A stretch of DNA of 50,430 nucleotides from Candidatus Micrarchaeota archaeon (GTDB lineage Archaea > Micrarchaeota > Micrarchaeia > Micrarchaeales > CABMGC01), in NCBI GenBank assembly GCA_021810375.1, contig JAJZJB010000002.1, positions 1 through 50,430 of the forward strand, read 5' to 3'. Made by a program: the position numbers and the translations under genes. Positions 8,598-16,525 of this stretch are shown here, piece by piece. Below the pieces are notes generated by a model. That model made no database searches, was not told the origin of the DNA, and saw nothing but the letters and a program-made list of their open reading frames with translations. Within the stretch, counting starts at the first letter, position 1. Each line of letters begins with the position of its first letter.

Positions 8598-9884
8598 ATG
8601 GAAACGGAGCTGATTAAGCGAGCAATAAAGGACCAGGAAGAAGAGGTGCTATCTAAATTCAACTCTGAAAGAATAATAGATAGGGAGTATTCTACTGAGA
8701 TTCAAAGACATATCACAAAGGCCAACGCAGTAGTAATAACCGGAGTGAGGCGCAGCGGGAAGTCAACAGAAGCAATTCTGCTGGTAAAAGGGAAGCGCCA
8801 TGCGCATCTAAATTTTGATGATCCTTCATTAGAGGGAATGAAGGGCCCGGACTTGGTAAAGGTTACAGAAGCAATGGCAGAGTTAAAAGGCAACGTAGAA
8901 TACATAATATTAGACGAAATTCAAAATGTGAAGGGCTGGGAACTTTATGTATCTAGACTTCGCGAAACCAAAAAAGTGATTGTGACAGGAAGTAATTCTG
9001 AACTAATGTCAGAAGAATTAGCAAGTAGATTAACCGGGAGATACACCAGCTTTACGGCCTTCCCTTTTTCTTTCAGAGAGTTTCTTGATTATAACAGATT
9101 CAAGCCAGACGTGTATTTAACAAATGATATAGCAAAAACCAGGGGATTTCTTGACAAATACATGCTAAGAGGCGGATTTCCAGAAGCGTTAGCATTGGGG
9201 GAAAGGTTCTTAACACAAATTTATAGTGACATCATAACAAAGGACATAGAAAGAAGGTATAGTATAAAACACAGATCAACGTTTAGGGAATTCTCGAAAT
9301 ACGTAGTTTCTAACATATCAAAGGAAATGAGTTACAACAAGCTGAAGAATATATTCGAGATAAAGAGTGTGCATACGGTTAAGAATTACCTAGGTTTTTT
9401 GGAGAAGGCGTATATTGCATTCAAAGTAGACAAGTATTCCAATAAACTAAAACAACAGGTTTTGACAGGCAAGAAAGTTTACTGCATAGATACCGGACTC
9501 GCAAACGCCCTCGGCTTCAGGATCGATGAAGAAAAGGGAAGGTTACTTGAGAATGTGATAGCAATAGAACTTTTGAGGAGGAAATCGTATTGGAACATTC
9601 ATACAGAGATATACTTCTGGCAGGATTACAAGCAGCATGAGGTAGATTTTGTAGTAAAGGAAGGTGGCTCGATAAAGCAACTGATACAAGTTTCATATAG
9701 GATAGAAGACAGTGATACTAAAGAGAGAGAAATAAGGTCACTGCTGGCTGCCTCCAAAGAGCTAAGGTGCAATGACTTATTAATCATAACTTATGACTTT
9801 GAAGGCGAAGAAGAAAAAGATGGCAAGAAAATAATATTTATGCCTGCATGGAAGTGGCTGCTGCTTGCAAGCGGAAGTAGCTGA
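8598..9884 (+). CDS. AAA-type ATPase of the archaeal ATPase / DUF4143 family (COG1373-like)
   Basis: Walker A is GVRRSGKST and Walker B is IILDEIQN. The 428-aa length and the C-terminal region are typical of this family. Confidence 0.75.
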   Translation: METELIKRAIKDQEEEVLSKFNSERIIDREYSTEIQRHITKANAVVITGVRRSGKSTEAILLVKGKRHAHLNFDDPSLEGMKGPDLVKVTEAMAELKGNVEYIILDEIQNVKGWELYVSRLRETKKVIVTGSNSELMSEELASRLTGRYTSFTAFPFSFREFLDYNRFKPDVYLTNDIAKTRGFLDKYMLRGGFPEALALGERFLTQIYSDIITKDIERRYSIKHRSTFREFSKYVVSNISKEMSYNKLKNIFEIKSVHTVKNYLGFLEKAYIAFKVDKYSNKLKQQVLTGKKVYCIDTGLANALGFRIDEEKGRLLENVIAIELLRRKSYWNIHTEIYFWQDYKQHEVDFVVKEGGSIKQLIQVSYRIEDSDTKEREIRSLLAASKELRCNDLLIITYDFEGEEEKDGKKIIFMPAWKWLLLASGSS

Positions 9885-9890
9885 GTTATG

Positions 9891-9976
9891 GCTTGTGGCA
9901 CGGGAGTATAACCTGAAGCGCATCGCCCGATGCACAAGATATGCCACAGGCGCATCTCCGGCAAGGAAATTTTAAA
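9891..9976 (+). repeat. Intergenic structured repeat, copy D (best match to the tRNA-Asn flank)
   Basis: gcttgtggcacgggagtataacctgaagcgcatcgcccgatgcacaagatatgccacaggcgcatctccggcaaggaaatttta. Positions 9911-9934 are identical (24/24) to 11716-11739. Confidence 0.9.
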
Positions 9977-10069
9977 TAATGTGTTTTAATTGATGTAAAT
10001 CGTATAGCTTTATTTAAATTATTTAGACATATAAGTAATGTACAGGGTAGGGTACTAAAACAGATTAGT

Positions 10070-10606
10070 ATGGTCCGATTTATGGCTAAAAACAAGCAGA
10101 TGATTTTTACTATAGGCCACTCAATACGTAAGCTTAGCGAATTTGTGAGGTTGCTGGACGCATACAAGATAAAGGAATTGGTAGATATACGCACCATACC
10201 AAAGTCCAGGGCCAATCCGCAGTTCAATGAGAAACGACTTGCTTCTAGCCTAAAGAGGCATCGCATACGCTACGTGCATATGAAAGGACTTGGAGGTCTC
10301 AGACATCCGTTGAAGGATTCGGCCAATACGTACTGGTACAATGCGTCATTCAGAGGCTTCGCAGACTATATGCAGACCAGCGAGTTCAGAGAGAGTCTTC
10401 TCGAGCTTATAAGCCTGGCAAAGAAAAGGCAGATAGCCATAATGTGTGCAGAGGCAGTGCCATGGAGATGCCATAGATCGCTTATAGCGGATGCGCTTCT
10501 GGTCAGAGGCATAGATGTCAGACATATATTTAGTCCAACCAATTCAAAGCCCCATGAGCTTACAAAAAGCGCAAAGGTAAATAAGCTGAATATAGTGTAT
10601 AAATAA
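10070..10606 (+). CDS. DUF488 family protein
   Basis: IFTIGHS...DIRTIPKSR...CAEAVPWRCHRSLIAD is the characteristic DUF488 pattern. The start may be a few codons downstream. Confidence 0.75.
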   Translation: MVRFMAKNKQMIFTIGHSIRKLSEFVRLLDAYKIKELVDIRTIPKSRANPQFNEKRLASSLKRHRIRYVHMKGLGGLRHPLKDSANTYWYNASFRGFADYMQTSEFRESLLELISLAKKRQIAIMCAEAVPWRCHRSLIADALLVRGIDVRHIFSPTNSKPHELTKSAKVNKLNIVYK

Positions 10607-10624
10607 CTAATATGCAAGAGATGC

Positions 10625-11053
10625 TTGGTGCTGTTTATGGATAATGTTACTGCAACTAGCAAGATGGTAAGGCTTTACATAGCTACGGGGTTCTTGTACT
10701 TCGTAATAGGCACAATACTTCTTGCTTTTAGCCTGTCTGGCACAGTTGCTGTGGATAGGGATCCAATATTCATACTATTATTGTATGGTTTTGTCACGCA
10801 GCTGATTTTTGGCGTTTCGTATATTTTTGTGCCTGGTGTCTCACGCCATAGCGGAGCAAATTATAAGGTCATAGCCGCAGAATACATCCTCCTAAATGCA
10901 GGGATAATTGCATTCGAGGGTATTGCACTCACAGGACAGAAGGATGCCGCAGTAATCCTTGGGGGGTTGATGGCGATGATTGTAGCTGTTCTGTTGCATG
11001 CAGCCAACATATGGCGCACGATAATCGGCAGGAAAAGTGGGAATGCGGCATAG
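10625..11053 (+). CDS. Integral membrane protein, about 4 TM, function unknown
   Basis: 142-aa ORF with four hydrophobic stretches. No motif recognised. Confidence 0.45.
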   Translation: MVLFMDNVTATSKMVRLYIATGFLYFVIGTILLAFSLSGTVAVDRDPIFILLLYGFVTQLIFGVSYIFVPGVSRHSGANYKVIAAEYILLNAGIIAFEGIALTGQKDAAVILGGLMAMIVAVLLHAANIWRTIIGRKSGNAA

Positions 11054-11061
11054 AGTGAGAA

Positions 11062-11706
11062 TTATACCATCCTTGATAGTGCCTCCTTCTTTGCTTTATC
11101 ATCGATATAATTATCTATCCACGGATACATGTCTTCTTCCTCCATCTTATCATGTGCTGCCAGCAACTGTTCCAAGTCATTCTCAAGGGTTGTATCTCTG
11201 GCTTTTAAGCAATCAGCCAATCCCCTTAGATCATCTTTAATCCTGTTATGCTGCATTATCAGTTCGTCTATCATTGGTGAGTCATCTCCCATTTTCTTCT
11301 TGGCAAGTGGGAATAAGATATCTTCCTCCCATTTTATATGACGCTCAATGCCTGCCCTAAATTCCAAAAAGAGTTGCTCTGCTTCTGCCGCGTTTTTCGA
11401 TTTCCTGAACTCCTGGAAGATGTAGTCAAGCCTTGAATGGTCTCTGGACATGAATCCGTATATGTCTTGCTCCCTCTTAGAGTAAGCGCTCTTTGCCTGC
11501 TTCCATACATCCCATGCAATGGCAAACTTTATTATCTGCGGTTCTGCACCTTTTGTTGCTTCATCCAACGTAAGTTTGTACTTGGTTTTCATGTATTCCA
11601 AGAACTCTTTATCGTACTGCTCCATACAGTGTGTGTTGTCTTTTAAGCAATTTAAGCGTTGCGAGATGAAATATATACTGCAAATACCCATTGGACTTTT
11701 GAGCAC
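11062..11706 (-). CDS. Hemerythrin-like (HHE cation-binding) domain protein
   Basis: HSRLDYIFQEF, HIKWEEDILFP and LLAAHDKMEEEDMYP are hemerythrin-like His/Glu helices. The likely true start is ATG 11625 (MEQYDKEF). Confidence 0.65.
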   Translation of the reverse strand: MLKSPMGICSIYFISQRLNCLKDNTHCMEQYDKEFLEYMKTKYKLTLDEATKGAEPQIIKFAIAWDVWKQAKSAYSKREQDIYGFMSRDHSRLDYIFQEFRKSKNAAEAEQLFLEFRAGIERHIKWEEDILFPLAKKKMGDDSPMIDELIMQHNRIKDDLRGLADCLKARDTTLENDLEQLLAAHDKMEEEDMYPWIDNYIDDKAKKEALSRMV

Positions 11707-11715
11707 TGTGATTGT

Positions 11716-11739
11716 ACCTGAAGCGCATCGCCCGATGCA
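11716..11739 (+). repeat. Intergenic structured repeat, copy F: the 24-mer overlapping the tRNA-Asn 3' end
   Basis: acctgaagcgcatcgcccgatgca. Positions 11729-11739 are the last 11 nt of tRNA-Asn (minus strand) and 11716-11728 are its 3' flank. Confidence 0.9.
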
Positions 11740-11800
11740 GGGATCGAACCTGCGACATCCTGGTTAACAGCCAAGCGCTCTACCACTGAGCTAATCGGGC
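11729..11800 (-). tRNA. tRNA-Asn (anticodon GTT)
   Basis: Hand-folded cloverleaf: GCCCGAT/ATCGGGC acceptor, GCTC/GAGC D stem, CTTGG-CTGTTAA-CCAGG anticodon arm, GCAGG-TTCGATC-CCTGC T arm. 72 nt, no encoded CCA. Confidence 0.92.
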
Positions 11801-12483
11801 ATTTTGAAGAATGGGAACGGCTCTGCGAGCTTTACTATCTTGATGTAAATATAAGAATGCTCGCCCACTGTTTCCGCAAACTCGAAGGTGTTGCTGGAAT
11901 AGCTGTACTTTGCAAAACCCCCTCTGCTCTTATCTTTCGTCTCCGCATAATAAAAGGTTTTCCTATCGTCTGATAATTCGTCTATCAGGTCAAAACCAGA
12001 TATAAAACGCTTGCCCTTGGCCTCGAACTCGTAGAGCGTGGCAAAAGATTCCTCGCGCACAGATTTCTTTATCATTGCATGGACGAGGTCCCTGTCTGAG
12101 CTTACCCTTATCTGGAGGACGTCGCCTTTGCCGATTTCCTTGACCTCCTTGAATGAGGATAGATCTACATTGAATATGTTTATGAAATCTTTTTCAGAAC
12201 CGTCTACCCGCTCCGAGAAATGCGCGGTTTCTGTCTGTCCCATAGATGAAGGGAATGTATATTTTATGAAACTATGCTGCGTGTCAATGTTTATGTAATA
12301 GGCAATTACATTTTCCTTTATGCATTCGCCCAGAGCCACGAGGCGCGCTGTACCGCCATTTTTGTAAAGTATAAGGCTCTTGGAGCTGAAGTCGAAGTTG
12401 TATGCGTACCTGGCAAGGTCTACCATTGAAGACAGCTTGATGTAAAGTATACCTTTTCCCTTAGGCTTGTTCTTCTGCGGCAT
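11791..12483 (-). CDS. Hypothetical protein (230 aa); its stop codon lies inside the tRNA-Asn 5' end
   Basis: Long ORF with no recognised motif. The last codons ATG CCC GAT TAG are the first 10 nt of the tRNA. Confidence 0.45.
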   Translation of the reverse strand: MPQKNKPKGKGILYIKLSSMVDLARYAYNFDFSSKSLILYKNGGTARLVALGECIKENVIAYYINIDTQHSFIKYTFPSSMGQTETAHFSERVDGSEKDFINIFNVDLSSFKEVKEIGKGDVLQIRVSSDRDLVHAMIKKSVREESFATLYEFEAKGKRFISGFDLIDELSDDRKTFYYAETKDKSRGGFAKYSYSSNTFEFAETVGEHSYIYIKIVKLAEPFPFFKMPD

Positions 12484-12494
12484 GCAAACACACT

Positions 12495-13334
12495 TCAGTT
12501 GTTGGTAAATAGCCTGTAGATGTCGGACAGGAACAGCATAAGGCTGTATGCGGGCTCAACTATAACAGGGGATATCACGACTCCCTGTCCTGTTGCGTAG
12601 TAGTCGTTCAACAGGCTTGCCTGCGCATACACTGTAATAGGTATTGATCTTGTTATCAGCGGGCTAGGAGCCGATGTGGCAGTGAAATTCAGGTGGTAAA
12701 CTCCAGGCTCACCTACAGAGATAGGATAAACGAATGATGATACGGAATCGTGGCTGGCTATGACTACATCAGAGAAGTTCCATGCAGGCAGGCCGGTTAC
12801 ATTGAGAACAAAAGGGTCGTCAGATATGCCAGTGTTGTTTATCTGCACGTCTAGATTGGTAGGCTGGCTCACCCCCATGTTGACAGTTGATGGGCTTACC
12901 GATAGGTTGAATACATCGGGAGTCACATTCACGTAAGCATATATGGTAAGATTCCCGAGATGCGAATAGTTTCCCTGATTGATTGCGACTATGGTCAGGT
13001 TATATGTGCCGTATTGTGCGTATGGCGAGGCAGTTATCTTAAGTTTCATGGGATTCTCGTAGAGGGGTGACGCCTGGGAAGACCATCCTTGCGGAAGGTT
13101 AACTGCTGTCAGCTGGTCCCAGCCTACATTCACGAACGAGCCGCTCGCGTTGTCAGTTGAAGGAGACGCCTGTATATAGAAGCTCTGCCCCGGGCCGAGC
13201 TTGCCTAGGAATATGGTACCGCGGTTATGCAGGGTGCCGTTGACGGGCCCCTGAACCTGCAGGTATGTGGCTGCGTTAGCGCTCAGTGCTATCAGCGAGA
13301 TAAATGCAAAGGGCAGCAGGATGTTTTTGAGCAT
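12495..13334 (-). CDS. Secreted or membrane-anchored protein with a signal peptide, sequons and a C-terminal hydrophobic tail
   Basis: N-terminal MLKNILLPFAFISLIALSANA is signal-like. There are several N-x-S/T sites, and the C-terminus has the hydrophobic PAYSLMLFLS. Confidence 0.5.
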   Translation of the reverse strand: MLKNILLPFAFISLIALSANAATYLQVQGPVNGTLHNRGTIFLGKLGPGQSFYIQASPSTDNASGSFVNVGWDQLTAVNLPQGWSSQASPLYENPMKLKITASPYAQYGTYNLTIVAINQGNYSHLGNLTIYAYVNVTPDVFNLSVSPSTVNMGVSQPTNLDVQINNTGISDDPFVLNVTGLPAWNFSDVVIASHDSVSSFVYPISVGEPGVYHLNFTATSAPSPLITRSIPITVYAQASLLNDYYATGQGVVISPVIVEPAYSLMLFLSDIYRLFTNN

Positions 13335-13554
13335 TGCACCACGTACTAACTTCTTGGGAAAAATATATAACTGTAACCAGTCGCAGCAGAACCTTGCCCA
13401 GCCCCTTTTTGGAGATGATTACTGCAGATCTTGATAGTATTTCATTAGCTCATATTCCGCAGCCAGTATATCCAATATATGTAGTGCCCTGACATAAGGC
13501 AACTTTTATATACCCTCTCCTGGCATATTATACTGCTTTTGCTGTCAAGATGGC

Positions 13555-13568
13555 AAATATTAAATAAC
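13555..13568 (+). promoter_or_regulatory. Candidate TATA box for tRNA-Ser
   Basis: aaatattaaataac is centred about 30 nt upstream of the tRNA 5' end. Confidence 0.35.
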
Positions 13569-13592
13569 TAGACATTACAATGAGTATCACTT

Positions 13593-13711
13593 GCCAGGGT
13601 GGCAGAATCCGGTAACGCGTGCGCCTGGAATTTTGTTCCGGTCAGCGCATGACTCTTTGAGTCTTTTGGGTTCAAAAGCAGTATACAATGCTGAATATCC
13701 CAACCCTGGCG
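13593..13711 (+). tRNA. tRNA-Ser (anticodon GGA) with two introns: 13631-13643 (canonical 37/38) and 13677-13697 (T-loop 59/60)
   Basis: Acceptor GCCAGGG/CCCTGGC. Anticodon stem TGCGC/GCGCA with loop CTGGAA..A. Long variable arm GACTC-TTT-GAGTC. T stem TTGGG/CCCAA with loop TTCAAA..T. Both insertions fold into bulge-helix-bulge motifs, and the mature length is 85 nt. Confidence 0.85.
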
Positions 13712-13723
13712 TTGGTGTTTAAC

Positions 13724-14344
13724 ATGGCAGACGAGAAAAAGCCGCAGAAGGAGCAGAAAGGAGAGGAACTGGGCATCATCAGGATGTCCGGCAGGGACAT
13801 CAGGGGTAGCTATAGCATAATAGGCGCGCTTATGCAGATCAAGGGCCTTGGATATAACATGGCAAGGTCTCTAGCACTTGCGGTGGAAAGGCAGTATGGA
13901 ATAAAGATGAATACAAAGATAGGCACGCTCTCAGAGGAACAGACTGGCAAGATAGAACAGATTATGAAGGACCCATCAAAGGCAGGGGTGCCTAACTTCA
14001 TGCTTAACAGAAGGAAAGACCTTGAGTCAGGACTCGATATGCATGTAATAGGAACGGATCTCACCGTAGCGGTGAAGCAGGACATAGACCGCGACATAAA
14101 GAACCAGACATGGCGCGGGTTCAGGCATATGTATGGGCAACGCGTACGCGGGCAGAGAACCAGGTCTACAGGAAGGACTGGCGCAACTGTTGGAGTCACG
14201 AAGGCCAAGGTCGAAGCTGCAGCTAAGGCAGCACCTTCGGGAGCGGGAGGGGCAAAGCCAGGAGCTACTGCGGCTCCTGCTGCCGGAGCAGCTCCTGCAG
14301 CTGCACCTGCGCCTGCGGCAAAACCGGCGCCTGCAGCAAAATAA
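13724..14344 (+). CDS. rps13: 30S ribosomal protein uS13 with an Ala/Pro-rich C-terminal tail
   Basis: IKGLGYNMARS...WRGFRHMYGQRVRGQRTRSTGRTG is uS13. I moved the start to ATG 13724 (MADEKK) because the longer ORF overlaps tRNA-Ser. Confidence 0.92.
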   Translation: MADEKKPQKEQKGEELGIIRMSGRDIRGSYSIIGALMQIKGLGYNMARSLALAVERQYGIKMNTKIGTLSEEQTGKIEQIMKDPSKAGVPNFMLNRRKDLESGLDMHVIGTDLTVAVKQDIDRDIKNQTWRGFRHMYGQRVRGQRTRSTGRTGATVGVTKAKVEAAAKAAPSGAGGAKPGATAAPAAGAAPAAAPAPAAKPAPAAK

Positions 14345-14353
14345 GGTGAATGA

Positions 14354-14920
14354 GTGGGAGATCCAAAGCGCATACGTAGGAAATACGAAAAGACAAAGAT
14401 GATGTGGAACAAGGATAGGATAGAGCGCGAGCACAGCATACGCGACAAGTATGGCTTGGGCAATATGCACGAACTCTGGAAAGCAACAACAGAAGTAGGA
14501 AAGATAAGGAGGAATGTCAGGGAAGTTCTTGCGGGAAGGGCTACAGAAGGAGTTGGAAATAGCATAGTAGCGAGGCTGGTCAGGTATGGGATAGTGAAGA
14601 GCGGGGCAACGCTTGATGACCTGCTCGTCGTAAGCCCAGAGGCGATACTAGACAGGAGGCTGCAGTCAGTTGTTTACAAGAAGGGCATGTCAAAGAGCAT
14701 GAAGCAGGCAAGGCAGCTGATTGCGCATGGTTTCATAGCCATAGATGGGCACAGAGTAAATGCCCCTGGATACCTTGTCACCAGGGACGAGGAGGGCAGG
14801 ATAACTTATTATAAACCAATCAATCTGGATCACAACCCGAAGCCTGACGGCGCCAAAGCAGCAGGTGCGGCTGCGCAGGCTGTCGTGGCCAAGGCACAGG
14901 AGGAGAAGAAAGGTGAATGA
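14354..14920 (+). CDS. rps4: 30S ribosomal protein uS4
   Basis: [14 protein letters not shown]...[35 protein letters not shown] contains the S4 RNA-binding domain. Confidence 0.92.
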   Translation: MGDPKRIRRKYEKTKMMWNKDRIEREHSIRDKYGLGNMHELWKATTEVGKIRRNVREVLAGRATEGVGNSIVARLVRYGIVKSGATLDDLLVVSPEAILDRRLQSVVYKKGMSKSMKQARQLIAHGFIAIDGHRVNAPGYLVTRDEEGRITYYKPINLDHNPKPDGAKAAGAAAQAVVAKAQEEKKGE

Positions 14921-15426
14921 TCATGGCCAGCCCAAGAACCAAGAAACAGGCAGAGCAGCAGGGACAGAAGAAGGAGTCGAAGAAGGGACTGGTAGCTTAC
15001 GAGAATGTCGTAGCGGATGTGCAGCAGAGAGTCAAGTCGAAGGGCACACGATGGGGAGTAGCCCATGTCTACTCGTCAAAGAACAATACGATAATTACGG
15101 TCACTGACCTTTCTGGATGCGAGACCATCGCAGTAGGAAGCGGGGGCATGGTAGTTGATGCGGACCACGAGGAAGGATCGCCTTATGCCGCGATGCAGGC
15201 CGCTTACAAGGTCTCAGCCATAGCAATAGAGAAAGGGGTCACGCATATTAACATAAAGATAAGGGCCCCAGGAGGCCACGGCTCTAAGACGCCAGGACAC
15301 GGTGCACAGGCTGTGGTAAGGGCGCTTGCAAGATCCGGATTCAGGATAGGGAGCATAGAGGATGTGACTCCTATGCCAACAGACACCACGAAGAGGCCAG
15401 GAGGCAGGAGAGGAAGAAGGGTCTGA
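14917..15426 (+). CDS. rps11: 30S ribosomal protein uS11
   Basis: [18 protein letters not shown]...[28 protein letters not shown]...GGRRGRRV. It has an ATGA overlap with rps4. Confidence 0.92.
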   Translation: MIMASPRTKKQAEQQGQKKESKKGLVAYENVVADVQQRVKSKGTRWGVAHVYSSKNNTIITVTDLSGCETIAVGSGGMVVDADHEEGSPYAAMQAAYKVSAIAIEKGVTHINIKIRAPGGHGSKTPGHGAQAVVRALARSGFRIGSIEDVTPMPTDTTKRPGGRRGRRV

Positions 15427-15447
15427 GAAGGAATTGCTGATGATCCT

Positions 15448-16053
15448 ATGGCAATAGCCAGGGTGCAACGGCCCATTCGCAGGGAATTTGGCTATCTGGT
15501 TCTGCTCGGCTATCCCAACATTAACAGGACCCAGTCGCAAATTCTAGAGTCAAGGCTGAGACTTGCATTAAGGCTCTTTAGGGAAGGAAGGGCACGGCGA
15601 ATTGTTGTCACAGGGAAGGCGAGGAGTACTGTTGGAGGGCGCATGGAATCAGAGATCATGCGGGATTACCTAGTAGATCATGGGGTGGGCAGGAGAAGCA
15701 TACTCATGGAAAGGCACTCAGTGAATACGATAGGGAATGCATTCTTCACCAAGCTCCTGATAGGCAGGCAGGAATCCCTGCTTGTAGTCACTTCTGACTT
15801 CCACGTGCCAAGAGCAAGGTATATATTTAATAAAATATTCGGAAGGAAATGCAGGATCGAGGTTGAGGGCTCCCCAACTGATAAGAGGATATATGCTAGG
15901 GCCGTAGGATTCGAGAAGGCATCATTCAACCATGTGAGATCTAGGCTTCGCGGGATAAACGAGAAGAGCAGCAAGGAAGTGGTGCTGAAAAGACTCGGGG
16001 AGATAAAGAAGAGCCCAATGACTCCGGAGATGAGGGAGAAGGCATGGTACTGA
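15448..16053 (+). CDS. DUF218 (YdcF/SanA-like) domain protein
   Basis: RIVVTGKA...SEIMRDYLVDHGV...ERHSVNTIGNAFF...LLVVTSDFHVPRARYIF matches the DUF218 pattern. Confidence 0.65.
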   Translation: MAIARVQRPIRREFGYLVLLGYPNINRTQSQILESRLRLALRLFREGRARRIVVTGKARSTVGGRMESEIMRDYLVDHGVGRRSILMERHSVNTIGNAFFTKLLIGRQESLLVVTSDFHVPRARYIFNKIFGRKCRIEVEGSPTDKRIYARAVGFEKASFNHVRSRLRGINEKSSKEVVLKRLGEIKKSPMTPEMREKAWY

Positions 16054-16314
16054 GGACTCTGCAGCGTTAGGATGAAGCTAAAACGCCTGGGAGACTAAAC
16101 ATGTGCATGAGTCGCAAAACGAGCATGCGCATGTAGTCTATGAAATTACGATCCAGAATTTTAAGAGGATCCCGGGCACGTAGTAATTTGGATAGTATAC
16201 TCGCAAGAGGCCCTGCGCCAGGCACAGGCGCCGAAATAGCCCGAACCTTTTGGAGGGATATCAGGATTTCGAGAGAATTATAAACCTTGGTCTGTATATT
16301 TATCTCATAATAAT

Positions 16315-16387
16315 GCGAACGTAGTCTAGCCTGGTAGGACTTTGGCCTTCCAAGCCAATAACCTGGGTTCAAATCCCAGCGTTCGCA
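16315..16387 (+). tRNA. tRNA-Gly (anticodon TCC)
   Basis: GCGAACG/CGTTCGC acceptor, TTGGC-CTTCCAA-GCCAA anticodon arm, CTGGG-TTCAAAT-CCCAG T arm. 73 nt. Confidence 0.9.
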
Positions 16388-16525
16388 TCCTATTCGATTA
16401 TCTTGCCCCAGGTTCACTCGATATTAGAATGTCCGGCATAATCTTCCCACCTAACGGATGGGAGGTTCAGCATTTCTATGATTCGTGGACTACCACGTTG
16501 TCCATATAAATAGTTTGCCGGTTTC

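Noticed and set aside
684-11739. Whether the repeat family could be a CRISPR array
   Set aside because: Copies are 0.3-3.5 kb apart with whole genes between them and they vary in length (24-86 nt). There are no short uniform spacers and no cas genes, so this is not a CRISPR.
13810-14565. 251-aa and 147-aa minus-strand ORFs opposite rps13/rps4
   Set aside because: They are mirror frames of the GC-rich Ala/Pro-tail codons of uS13, the sense strand encodes unmistakable ribosomal proteins, and no independent motif is present.
16067-16417. 116-aa minus-strand ORF
   Set aside because: It runs straight through tRNA-Gly (16315-16387), and the remainder has no start context or motif.
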